46,139 nucleotides of DNA from a virus (taxonomy: Duplodnaviria; Caudoviricetes). Below the pieces are notes generated by a model that was not told the DNA's origin, did not search any database, and saw only the letters and a program-made list of their open reading frames with translations. How positions within the stretch are numbered: the first letter of the stretch is position 1; the number at the start of each line of letters is the position of its first letter. This document shows positions 25,536 through 34,096 of this stretch, piece after piece. The translations under genes were made by a program, and so were the position numbers. The stretch covers positions 1 to 46,139 of the IMG/VR virus record IMGVR_UViG_3300028586_000745; one strand, written 5' to 3'.

Positions 25536-26945
25536 GTGGCTATCGAGAACCCCGAAGCGATCCGTGATCGGCTGCTGAAGAAGCTCGGTCGTGAGCGTCG
25601 GTTCTTGACGCGGTATGACGACTACTTCGAGGGTGAGCAGGGGCTGAAGTACCTGGCTCCGGAGGTGCGGGAGCAGATCGGCACCCGTCTTGTGGATCTG
25701 CTGATCAACCTGCCGCGGTACACGACTGACGTGTACGAGAACCGTCTCGACATCCGTGGGTTCCGGTTCCCGGGTGATGATTCCGGCGACAAGGGTCTGT
25801 GGTCGGTGTGGCAGCACAACGACGGGGACATGCTGTCTCAGCAGCTGCACCGTGACAGCCTCGCGGTGGGGCGCTCCTACGTGATCGTGGGAGAGGGCGA
25901 CGATGACGTGCCGCTCATCACCGGCCAGTCCGCGTTCGATGCGATTCACGAGGACGACCCGCGTACCCACAACGTGCGGTACGGGATCACTCAGTGGACG
26001 GAGGAGGACGGGTCCCGGTGGATCAACCTGTTCCACCCGAACGGACGTGTCACCTGGGTTCGCCGGCCGAACTCGAAGGACTGGACGGTCGATGGGACCG
26101 AGGAGAACAACTTCGAGCTGCCGCGTCTGGTGCCGCTGATCAACGATCCTCGGATCCTTGGCCGTCAGGTGCCTCGACGTTCCGACCAGAGGTTGGGTCG
26201 AAGTGTCTTCCATGATCTGCTCGGTCCGACGGAGGCGCTGAACAAGATCCTCACCGACATGATGGTTTCGGCTGAGTTCCACGCCATGCCGCGACGGTGG
26301 GCGACGGGGCTCGCGGAGGACGACTTCGTCGGTGAGAACGGTGAAGCGATCAGCACGTTTGAGATGATCGCTGGTCGCATCTGGGGCGTCACGAACGAGA
26401 AGGCCAGCTTCGGGCAGTTCCCTGAGGCGAACCTCGACAACTTCCACTCGACTGCGAAGCTGCTCGTGCAGTTCGCGTTCATGATGCTCGGTCTGCCGGC
26501 GCACTACCTGCCGTTCGTTGGGGACAACCCGGCGTCGGCGGATGCGATCCGGTCGTCGGAGTCGCAGCTCGTGAAGCGGGCTGAGCGGAAGCAGTCGGTG
26601 CTGTCGACTCGGTGGGAGCGGGTGCAGCGTCTGGTGCTTCTGACGCAGGGTCAACCCGACTCGGAGAACGCCCGTCAGATCGAGACGATGTGGGGCGACC
26701 CGGCGACTCCGACGTTCGCGCAGAAGGCGGACGGCACGGTGAAGCTCGTGCAGGCGAAGGACTCGACGGGCCGGTCGATCATCACGGTTGACCAGGCACG
26801 TGAAGACCTCGGCTACACGCAGGGTCAGCGAGACCGGATGGCGGCGGCGGACGCACTGGCGGATGACGCGACGCTCGCGGCGTCCGTGCGGGCGGCGGCG
26901 GATGCGGAACGTGCGGCAGGAGTGAACGGTGGCGACACCCTTTGA
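25536..26945 (+). CDS. Portal protein (SPP1 gp6-like)
   Basis: YFEGEQ, W..ND.D, GRS, AEFHAMPRRW, NPASADAI motifs; synteny. Confidence 0.9.
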   Translation: MAIENPEAIRDRLLKKLGRERRFLTRYDDYFEGEQGLKYLAPEVREQIGTRLVDLLINLPRYTTDVYENRLDIRGFRFPGDDSGDKGLWSVWQHNDGDMLSQQLHRDSLAVGRSYVIVGEGDDDVPLITGQSAFDAIHEDDPRTHNVRYGITQWTEEDGSRWINLFHPNGRVTWVRRPNSKDWTVDGTEENNFELPRLVPLINDPRILGRQVPRRSDQRLGRSVFHDLLGPTEALNKILTDMMVSAEFHAMPRRWATGLAEDDFVGENGEAISTFEMIAGRIWGVTNEKASFGQFPEANLDNFHSTAKLLVQFAFMMLGLPAHYLPFVGDNPASADAIRSSESQLVKRAERKQSVLSTRWERVQRLVLLTQGQPDSENARQIETMWGDPATPTFAQKADGTVKLVQAKDSTGRSIITVDQAREDLGYTQGQRDRMAAADALADDATLAASVRAAADAERAAGVNGGDTL

Positions 26946-27972
26946 CCTAGCGCGGAAGCATCAGCTGTCACGCATCGCGCTGTCGTACGACGCAGTGCGA
27001 CGCACGGCCGCTTCGTGGCGGGCAGCTGATGTCGACTACCTCGATACGTCGTGGAACGTGATCGCACCGGCGCTCGTGGATCAGGTCTCCGAAGCGCAAC
27101 GTGTTGCAGCGTCGCAGTCTGACTCGTTCATCGATGATGCTGTGGCAGCGCAGGGCGGATCCGCGGGGAAGGCAACCGTCAATCCGGACGCTTTCGCGGG
27201 GGTCATGATCGACGGCCGCGAGGTCGGGCCGGCGATGTTCGGTGCTGTGACGCACACCAAGATGCTGATCGGTGCAGGCATGCCGCCAGCTCGTGCGTTC
27301 GAGGGTGGGGCGTCGTTCCTCGCGACTGTCGTCCAGTCTGCGATCGCGGATGCTGGCAGGCAGTCGGATCGTGTGTCGATGATCGGGAAGCAGATCACCC
27401 GGTACATCCGGGTCATCTCACCGGGTGCGTGCTCGCGGTGCGCGATTCTCGCCGGTGTTGCGTCCGCGGCGAAGGCGTACGAACGTCACCCGAACTGCCA
27501 CTGCACGGCGTGCCCGCTGCCGGATTGGGATTCCCCCATCCCGGACGGCTTCTACCGTTCAGCTGACGACTACTTCGACTCCCTCGACCCGAAGGAGCAG
27601 AACAGGGTCTTCACGAATGCTGGTGCGACGGCGATCCGGGCTGGCGCCGATCCGACGGCGATCGTGAACGCACGACGTAACGCGGTTGGGCCAGGAGGTC
27701 TGACGGAGCGGAAGTCGGGGCTGAAAGCAGAGCTCGGGTACGACGTGTTCGGCAAGCCGATCAAGGTCTACACGACGAGTGAGGGCACGACGATCCGTGG
27801 TGCGTACGGACGCGCTGAGGCTCGCCGTCAGGCCGAGTTCACCAAGAGTGCTCGTGACCGATACCGGCGGACGGTGAACCCGCGGCTCATGCCGGAGACG
27901 ATCGTGCCTCTCGCCAAGGGTGACCCGGAGAAGCTTCGTCGGCTCCTCGGCCAGTACGGGTACCTCAACTGA
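26929..27972 (+). CDS. MuF-like minor capsid / head morphogenesis protein
   Basis: RV...ACSRCAILAG...RHPNCHCT; follows portal. Confidence 0.75.
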   Translation: MATPFDLARKHQLSRIALSYDAVRRTAASWRAADVDYLDTSWNVIAPALVDQVSEAQRVAASQSDSFIDDAVAAQGGSAGKATVNPDAFAGVMIDGREVGPAMFGAVTHTKMLIGAGMPPARAFEGGASFLATVVQSAIADAGRQSDRVSMIGKQITRYIRVISPGACSRCAILAGVASAAKAYERHPNCHCTACPLPDWDSPIPDGFYRSADDYFDSLDPKEQNRVFTNAGATAIRAGADPTAIVNARRNAVGPGGLTERKSGLKAELGYDVFGKPIKVYTTSEGTTIRGAYGRAEARRQAEFTKSARDRYRRTVNPRLMPETIVPLAKGDPEKLRRLLGQYGYLN

Positions 27973-28056
27973 CTTCCCACCGTCTGGTGGAAGCGCCCAC
28001 GCGCAGCGCATGCGCGGTCATGCCGACGGGCTCACGGAAGAAAGGGCACAGACCCC

Positions 28057-28671
28057 ATGTCTGGAACGAACACCACCACCGCACAGGCTTACGGTCCTCG
28101 TCGATCGTCTCGTCTCGAGCTCATGGGCATCCGCTTCGTGAACGAGAACGAGGGCGGCGAGAACAACAACGCTGGCGGATCCGGCGAGAACAACCAGTGG
28201 ACGCCCCCGGCGTCCCAGGAAGACCTCAACCGGATCATCGCTGACCGGCTGTCGCGCGATCGCGAGAAGTTCAAGGACTACGACGCGCTGAAGACGAAGG
28301 CCGAGCAGTTCGACCGCCTGCAGCAGAACGGCGCCGGCCAGACGGCCGACGTCACCGCGCAGCTGCAGCAGTTCGAGCAGCGCGTCACCGCTGCCGAGAC
28401 GTCTGCCTCGCAGACGCAGGAACAGCTGACCGCGACGCAGACGGAACTCGCCCGCAAGGACGTCGCTCTCACCAAGGGCATCGGCAAGGAGCAGCTGCCC
28501 CTGCTGACGGCGACCACGAAGGACGAGCTCGAGAAGCAGGCGGACGCGATCCTCGCGCTCACCCGCGGCTCAGGCCGAGTGCCCGGTCAGGGCGGTGGCG
28601 GCGGCGACGCCCCCTCCGGCCTCGACGCTGGCCGCGCCGAGTGGGAGAAGCGGCACCCCAAGAAGAACTAG
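28057..28671 (+). CDS. Capsid scaffolding protein
   Basis: SQEDLNRII..RL.R...KFKDYD.LK.KA coiled coil; position. Confidence 0.8.
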   Translation: MSGTNTTTAQAYGPRRSSRLELMGIRFVNENEGGENNNAGGSGENNQWTPPASQEDLNRIIADRLSRDREKFKDYDALKTKAEQFDRLQQNGAGQTADVTAQLQQFEQRVTAAETSASQTQEQLTATQTELARKDVALTKGIGKEQLPLLTATTKDELEKQADAILALTRGSGRVPGQGGGGGDAPSGLDAGRAEWEKRHPKKN

Positions 28672-28722
28672 CCCCGCAGCAACCGTGCTTCGGGCTCGAG
28701 CGCTCTGGAAGGAGCACCCACC

Positions 28723-29103
28723 ATGGATCTCACTCCTCGAGTTGAGACGTTCGGCCAGGAAGACCAGACCTGGCTGGACTCGGCCCACGGCACGGACGCT
28801 GCAGTCAGCGGAACCGTCGACCTGACGAAGGGCTTCGTCGCGGGCACGCACTACGCGAGCGGTGACCTGCCGTCCGGCACCCCGCTGGGTCTCGTGACCG
28901 CGTCCGGGAAGTACGGCCTGTACGACGACTCGGCGACCGACGGCCGTCAGACCCTCGTCGGGCACACCCTCATCACGGTGAAGGCCCGTGGCGATGTCAT
29001 CGTCCCGGTCCTCGTCCACGGCCGGATCAACCGCTCCCGCCTCCCGTTCGCCATCGACGCTGCCGGTGTGGCTGACGTCGCGGGCCGCATCCAGTACGTC
29101 TAA
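28723..29103 (+). CDS. Head decoration protein
   Basis: SGTPLG..TASGKYG.Y..A.DGRQ...G..HG.I...LP. Confidence 0.8.
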   Translation: MDLTPRVETFGQEDQTWLDSAHGTDAAVSGTVDLTKGFVAGTHYASGDLPSGTPLGLVTASGKYGLYDDSATDGRQTLVGHTLITVKARGDVIVPVLVHGRINRSRLPFAIDAAGVADVAGRIQYV

Positions 29104-29114
29104 GGAGACCCACG

Positions 29115-30134
29115 ATGCAGATCAACACCGACTACATCCAGCCGGCGGAACTGACCGGGTTCGCTCGTGAGGCGCTGGCCGACCTCGAGCAGAACCAGTT
29201 CACCCTCTCGGCGTTCCTGCCGTCCAGCCCCGTCGACGACCTGCAGTACCGCTTCAACCGCGGTGGTGTCGGTCTCGCCGACGCGGCGACGTTCCGCAGC
29301 TACGACGCCGAAGCGTCGATCGGCCGACGCCCGGGCACGACTCGCGTCACCGGGGATCTTCCGCCGGTGTCGCGGAAGATCCGCCTCGGCGAGTACGACC
29401 GTCTGCGTCAGCGGAAGGCCGACGACTCCATCCGTGGCGGCCTGTTCGATGACACCGTCAACATGGTCACTGCTGTCGCTGCTCGCCTCGAGCTCGCTCG
29501 AGGTTCGGCTCTCTCGGCTGCTCAGGTGTCGCTGAACGAGGACGGTGTCATCGCGAACGTCGACTTCGGCCGTCGGGCTGCGCACACCGGCGTCGCCCCG
29601 GCCGCGCTCTGGTCGAACTCCGCCACCGCGACCCCGATCGCGGACATCATCGCCTGGGTCACGACGTACCGGAAGAACAACGGCGGCAAGACGCCGGGTG
29701 CCTTCCTCACGTCCCAGACTGTCCTGTCGAACATCCTGCGTTCGCAGGAGGTCCGTGGCCTCGCCGCAGCGAACGGCGTCACCCCGTCGATCATCAGCCC
29801 GCTGGTGCTGAACACGATCCTGCAGGCCTACAGCCTGCCGCCCATTGTGCTCAACGACGCGCAGATCGCCGTCAACGGCATCGCCACCCGCGTCATCCCG
29901 GAGAACAACTTCCTCATGCTGCCCTCCGTCGGCGACACGCAGCTCGGTGGGACGCTCTGGGGCACCACGGCCGAGTCGCTGGAAGAGGACTACGACCTCG
30001 CCGGCAACGAGCCGGGCATCGTCGCGGGCACCTACCACACGTTCGACCCGGTCGCCGTGTGGACGAAGGCCGCAGCGATCGCGCTGCCGGTCCTCGCGAA
30101 CCCGGACCTCACCTTCCAGGCGGTGGTCATCTGA
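29115..30134 (+). CDS. Major capsid protein (lambda gpE-like)
   Basis: FRSYDAE, LPP.S.K..LGEY.RL, DP...WTK..A..LP; strong RBS. Confidence 0.88.
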   Translation: MQINTDYIQPAELTGFAREALADLEQNQFTLSAFLPSSPVDDLQYRFNRGGVGLADAATFRSYDAEASIGRRPGTTRVTGDLPPVSRKIRLGEYDRLRQRKADDSIRGGLFDDTVNMVTAVAARLELARGSALSAAQVSLNEDGVIANVDFGRRAAHTGVAPAALWSNSATATPIADIIAWVTTYRKNNGGKTPGAFLTSQTVLSNILRSQEVRGLAAANGVTPSIISPLVLNTILQAYSLPPIVLNDAQIAVNGIATRVIPENNFLMLPSVGDTQLGGTLWGTTAESLEEDYDLAGNEPGIVAGTYHTFDPVAVWTKAAAIALPVLANPDLTFQAVVI

Positions 30135-30463
30135 TGGCCGCCACGAAGGTGTTCGTCACCGTGCACGACGACAACGGTGCACCGTACACGTTCGAGCCGG
30201 GCGCTGACGTGCCCGACTGGGCGGCGCGGAAGATCTCGAACCCGAACGTCTGGGACGGCGACGCCCCCGTGTTCGAGGAAGAGGGGCCGGAAGGTGGCCT
30301 CAGCGAAGACGAGGTCAACGAGCCTGCCCGCTCGGGCAAGGGCTCCGGTCTCGCCGTCTGGGCGCCCTACGCGAAGGGCCTCGGCATCGAGGTCCCCGAC
30401 GAAGCGTCCCGTGACGACGTGATCAAGCTCGTCGACGAGAAGAAGACCTCCACCAAGGCCTGA
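30134..30463 (+). CDS. Small virion-associated protein
   Basis: TGATG-coupled to the capsid gene; PG..VP.WA...I.NP and W..YA...GI.V...SRDD modules. Confidence 0.65.
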   Translation: MAATKVFVTVHDDNGAPYTFEPGADVPDWAARKISNPNVWDGDAPVFEEEGPEGGLSEDEVNEPARSGKGSGLAVWAPYAKGLGIEVPDEASRDDVIKLVDEKKTSTKA

Positions 30464-30473
30464 CACTCACCCT

Positions 30474-30504
30474 GGCGGGTCACCGGCAAGACCGGTGGCC
30501 CGCC
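30474..30504 (+). terminator. Hairpin after head genes
   Basis: GGCGGGTCACCGG/CCGGTGGCCCGCC 13-bp stem. Confidence 0.5.
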
Positions 30505-30534
30505 CCCACTACTTCACACCCCGCGGAGGTCGCC

Positions 30535-30912
30535 GTGTTCTGGTTCACCGTCACCCCCGGCGACATCGTCAAGCGGTGGCGTCCGCTCGAAGACGCCGAA
30601 ACAGGCGTCGCCGAGCAGATCATCGAGGACGCGCAGGACATCTTCGAGTCCGCCGTCGAAGCGGCTGGCATCGCTGCCCCCGCACCTGACGACGAGCGTC
30701 GCAAGCGTGCGTACATTCGCGCCGTGGCCTACATGGTCATCCGCGTGTTCAAGAACCCTGACGGCATCCTCACAGAGACGCTTGACGGGTACACGTATCG
30801 CCGAGACAGCGCAGTGTCCACCGGGATGCTGCAGCCCACGGCCGACGAGATCGACCAGCTCCGGCCCACTGCCCGTCCGCGTCGCGGCGCTTTCACGATC
30901 AGGCCCTCATGA
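30535..30912 (+). CDS. Head-to-tail adaptor
   Basis: D...RWRPL...MV.RV.KNPDG...E..D.Y. Confidence 0.8.
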   Translation: MFWFTVTPGDIVKRWRPLEDAETGVAEQIIEDAQDIFESAVEAAGIAAPAPDDERRKRAYIRAVAYMVIRVFKNPDGILTETLDGYTYRRDSAVSTGMLQPTADEIDQLRPTARPRRGAFTIRPS

Positions 30913-31304
30913 GCCGCGAATCGACGATGGCCCGTGGCCGCGCTTTCGCCGAATCAGGCATGGCGGAACGGTGCTCCGTCACTTCTGAGAAGACCGGTGT
31001 GCTGAACGAAGCCACTGGCAAGCGGGAGACGGTCTCAGTGACGGTCTACGACGGCCCATGCGCCTTCACCGCCGCCAACGTGCAGGCAACGGACGTGGAG
31101 CAGTCGGGCCAGTTCCTCGTCTCACAGTCCGCGACCCTGTCGCTGCCGATGGCTACCTCGGGTGCGGTCACGAAGGGCCATGTGGTGACGATCACCGCGT
31201 CCGCAACTGACCCAGCACTCGTCGGCAAGAAGGCGCGCATCGACGCGCCGTTCGCGACGTCGTACTCCACCGCCCGGCGTTTCCCCATCACCATCCTCAC
31301 CTAG
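30909..31304 (+). CDS. Head-to-tail stopper (DUF6093-like)
   Basis: GR..AE..M...C.V, VY.GPC, TARR; synteny. Confidence 0.7.
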   Translation: MSRESTMARGRAFAESGMAERCSVTSEKTGVLNEATGKRETVSVTVYDGPCAFTAANVQATDVEQSGQFLVSQSATLSLPMATSGAVTKGHVVTITASATDPALVGKKARIDAPFATSYSTARRFPITILT

Positions 31305-31312
31305 GAGATGCA

Positions 31313-31714
31313 GTGGCAGACGACAACGGCCTCAACGAGCTCGTCCGGCAGATCGGCGAAGTGCCCAGGCAAGTTGCCCCCCGCCTGCGGCAGGCCGTCG
31401 AGGTCACGGCCCGGAAGATCAAGGACCAGATCAAGAGCGACTACAACGGCTCCCGCGGGCTCCCCGCAGCATCTGGTTCGATCAACTACGACCTGCACGG
31501 CACGACCGGTCAGGTGATCGGCGGCATCTCCGCAGAGATCGGCCCAGACCTCGGACGCCGGCAGGGTGCGCTCGTCGGACTCGTCGACGTTGGTACCCCG
31601 AAGACCCCCGGCAAGCACCGCATCCCGAAGGCACTCGCGGACAACGAGGAAGACTTCGACCACGGCATCCAGAAGGCCATCCAGGACGGCATGCGGGATG
31701 CGGGTCTGACGTGA
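31313..31714 (+). CDS. Neck protein (HK97 gp10-like)
   Basis: SI.YD...AEIGP...QG.L...GT; synteny. Confidence 0.65.
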   Translation: MADDNGLNELVRQIGEVPRQVAPRLRQAVEVTARKIKDQIKSDYNGSRGLPAASGSINYDLHGTTGQVIGGISAEIGPDLGRRQGALVGLVDVGTPKTPGKHRIPKALADNEEDFDHGIQKAIQDGMRDAGLT

Positions 31715-32118
31715 CCAGAGCGCACACCCATGCGGTTCAGGCAGCCCTCGAAACAGACCCGGGGCTGGTGGTCTTCGTCGGCATCGCACCCGACAAGCAG
31801 CCCTACCCGTACGTGATCCTGCGACCCGGTCTGGCAACTGACCGAGCAGAACGTCTCACCGGTGCGGAGTCGACGTTCACGCCGTCGTACACGGTGCTCG
31901 CCTGTGGGGAAGACCCGGAGCAGGCCGAGTGGGTCACCGAACACGTCGACGCTGCGCTGCGGCCCCGAGGACGCGGTATCACGCCGACCGTGGCAGGCCG
32001 ATCCACCGGGCACATCCGGAGGGACACGCTGCAGCCGCTCCTGCCCGACGACGACTCCCAGCCGCCGGGCTGGTACCGCGTCGCGGAGTACAGCTTCCGA
32101 TCCGCACCCAAGTCCTAA
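31711..32118 (+). CDS. Tail terminator
   Basis: G.AP....PYV.L; precedes the major tail gene. Confidence 0.65.
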   Translation: MTRAHTHAVQAALETDPGLVVFVGIAPDKQPYPYVILRPGLATDRAERLTGAESTFTPSYTVLACGEDPEQAEWVTEHVDAALRPRGRGITPTVAGRSTGHIRRDTLQPLLPDDDSQPPGWYRVAEYSFRSAPKS

Positions 32119-32144
32119 GCCTCACCAACCGGTGGGGCTTTTCT
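32117..32144 (+). terminator. Intrinsic terminator-like hairpin
   Basis: AAGCCTCACC/GGTGGGGCTT followed by TTCT. Confidence 0.55.
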
Positions 32145-32161
32145 CGTTCCGAAGGGACCTC

Positions 32162-32428
32162 ATGTCCGACCAGTTCGTCACCGTGACCGGACCGCACGGC
32201 CGCCACATCGAGGTGCTGAAGAGCACCCAGGAGGCGCTGCCGGAAGCGTTCCCCCTCGCGGATCCGCCGGCCAACAGCCGAGCGAAGCGATCGACCGCGA
32301 AGAAGCCCAACCCGAAGCCCACCCACACGCCCACGGCCGCCCCGGTCGAGGGCGAGCAGGGCGCACCTGACTCGTCGGCAACCGCAGACGAGACCTCCAC
32401 GGTGGAGACCACGAAGGAGGCCCGCTGA
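32162..32428 (+). CDS. Small hypothetical protein
   Basis: RBS AAGGGA; low-complexity C-terminus. Confidence 0.55.
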   Translation: MSDQFVTVTGPHGRHIEVLKSTQEALPEAFPLADPPANSRAKRSTAKKPNPKPTHTPTAAPVEGEQGAPDSSATADETSTVETTKEAR

Positions 32429-32429
32429 G

Positions 32430-32960
32430 ATGGGCATCAACACCAGTTCCGTCAGCTCGTCCGTCCTCGCCGACGGCAACCTGCTCGTCCTGGGCGCACC
32501 TGCCTCGGTGCTCGCCGCAGGGAAGAAGCTCACCGACCTCAAGCTGAGCGACCTGACCGCCGCAACGTTCGTCGACCTGACGTACGACTTCACGGCTGGC
32601 TCCGGCTGGGCCGACGGCCGCACGCAGGAGAGCGTCAGCGATGACCGGCTCACGTCCCCGACCGTGTTCACGCGGCCGGGCAAGGTCACCGACACCCTCA
32701 CGGCGCAGTACGTCTACGGCAGCTCCGACAGCGTCGCTGACCCGCTGCTCGTCGAGGGCGCCGCGATCGTGTTCGCGACCCGGTGGGCGGTGCCTCACGA
32801 CCAGGCGCTGTCCGCCACCGACAAGTTCGACCTCTGGTACACGATCGCCGGTGTCAAGGCGAAGGACCAGCCGGCGGCGAACAGCGTCTTCACGAAGACG
32901 CAGAGCTTCTTCATCCAGAAGTTCCGCGTCGCACGCGACGTCACCCTCTCCGCGACCTGA
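32430..32960 (+). CDS. Major tail protein
   Basis: ADGN, DLT, D.RL......PG, ANS...KTQ; RBS AAGGAGG; precedes TAC. Confidence 0.8.
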   Translation: MGINTSSVSSSVLADGNLLVLGAPASVLAAGKKLTDLKLSDLTAATFVDLTYDFTAGSGWADGRTQESVSDDRLTSPTVFTRPGKVTDTLTAQYVYGSSDSVADPLLVEGAAIVFATRWAVPHDQALSATDKFDLWYTIAGVKAKDQPAANSVFTKTQSFFIQKFRVARDVTLSAT

Positions 32961-33052
32961 TCACCAGGTCGTGACCTACTCCCGTGCGGGCGGTTCCACC
33001 GTGCCGCCCGCACGGGTCCTCTTTCACGGTGGATCAACGGTGGAGAAGCATC

Positions 33053-33634
33053 ATGGATTTCAGCGAGAAGCTGGCGAAGGCGAAGGCACGCGAGGAAGAG
33101 CGCGGCCGGCCCACGAAGACGGTGACGGTGTCCCTCGACGCTGAGGTGACGACGCGTTTGCGGGAGCTCGAGGAGAAGCTCGAACTCGAGAAGCAGAAGC
33201 CGCAGGACGGACGCCTGGCGAAGAAGAACCCGCTCGCGCTGCTCATCGACGAGATCGAGGAGGTGCAGGCAGAGTTCGAGGACACTCTCGTCGATCTGAA
33301 GTTCACCCGGCTCAAGGGTGGCGACTGGAACGACCTGACGGTGACGAACCCGCCGCGGCTGAACTCCATCCCGGACACTCAGTTCTTCGGCTACAACATC
33401 CACGCCGTAGCACGTGCAGCCGCACCCCTGTCGGGTGTCCTCGTCGCTGACGGTGAGGAGCAGCCGCTCAGTGAAGCTCAGTGGGCCGACCTGTTCGAAC
33501 TGATCGACGGCAAGGGCCACGAGGAGATCGCAGACGCGATCTACCAGCTGAACGAGGGCGACAGCAAGCGGGCGGTGGACCTGGGAAAAGCGCGGCGCGC
33601 CGCAGCGCTCGCCTCCGAGACGAAGTCCTCCTAG
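33053..33634 (+). CDS. Tail assembly chaperone (short form)
   Basis: Between major tail and tape measure genes; slippery site near the 3' end. Confidence 0.8.
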   Translation: MDFSEKLAKAKAREEERGRPTKTVTVSLDAEVTTRLRELEEKLELEKQKPQDGRLAKKNPLALLIDEIEEVQAEFEDTLVDLKFTRLKGGDWNDLTVTNPPRLNSIPDTQFFGYNIHAVARAAAPLSGVLVADGEEQPLSEAQWADLFELIDGKGHEEIADAIYQLNEGDSKRAVDLGKARRAAALASETKSS

Positions 33635-34074
33635 CTGTCCGCCTTGGCGTCTCGCCGGCTCGCCTACGCGGCTGGGAGCCGCGCGAGACGCATGTGCCTG
33701 AGTACGACGCGGACGGGCGCCTGATCGCCGTGCACGTGGACAGGGAGCCCGAGTGGACGCCTGCTCAGGTGGCCCTTGTCTTGGGCGTGGAAGCACATGA
33801 GGCGTCGGTCGGCGCTCACGGTCAGCCTCTCGACGAAGCCACCTCGTCCGAGAGCGACCCGAACAACCCAGAAGGCATCCGGGCGTACCGCGCCGGCATA
33901 CCCGTCGTCACGCCGGAAGGCAGCACCGTCTACGCGCCCCTGCGCGACTGGGCGATGAAGGCGCAACTCGACGCGATGGACAAGTGGCGTGAAGCCGCTG
34001 GTGACAACGCGAACACGAACGGTCTCTTCTTCCCGGTCTCCGTGATCGAGCGCGGAGACATCACCAACAACTGA
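33583..34074 (+). CDS. Tail assembly chaperone -1 frameshift extension
   Basis: G GGA AAA at 33583-89; the downstream ORF (33481-34074) is in the -1 frame. Confidence 0.75.
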   Translation, partial: GKSAARRSARLRDEVLLAVRLGVSPARLRGWEPRETHVPEYDADGRLIAVHVDREPEWTPAQVALVLGVEAHEASVGAHGQPLDEATSSESDPNNPEGIRAYRAGIPVVTPEGSTVYAPLRDWAMKAQLDAMDKWREAAGDNANTNGLFFPVSVIERGDITNN

Positions 34075-34096
34075 ACAGCAGACGGAGGTCCCCTCG

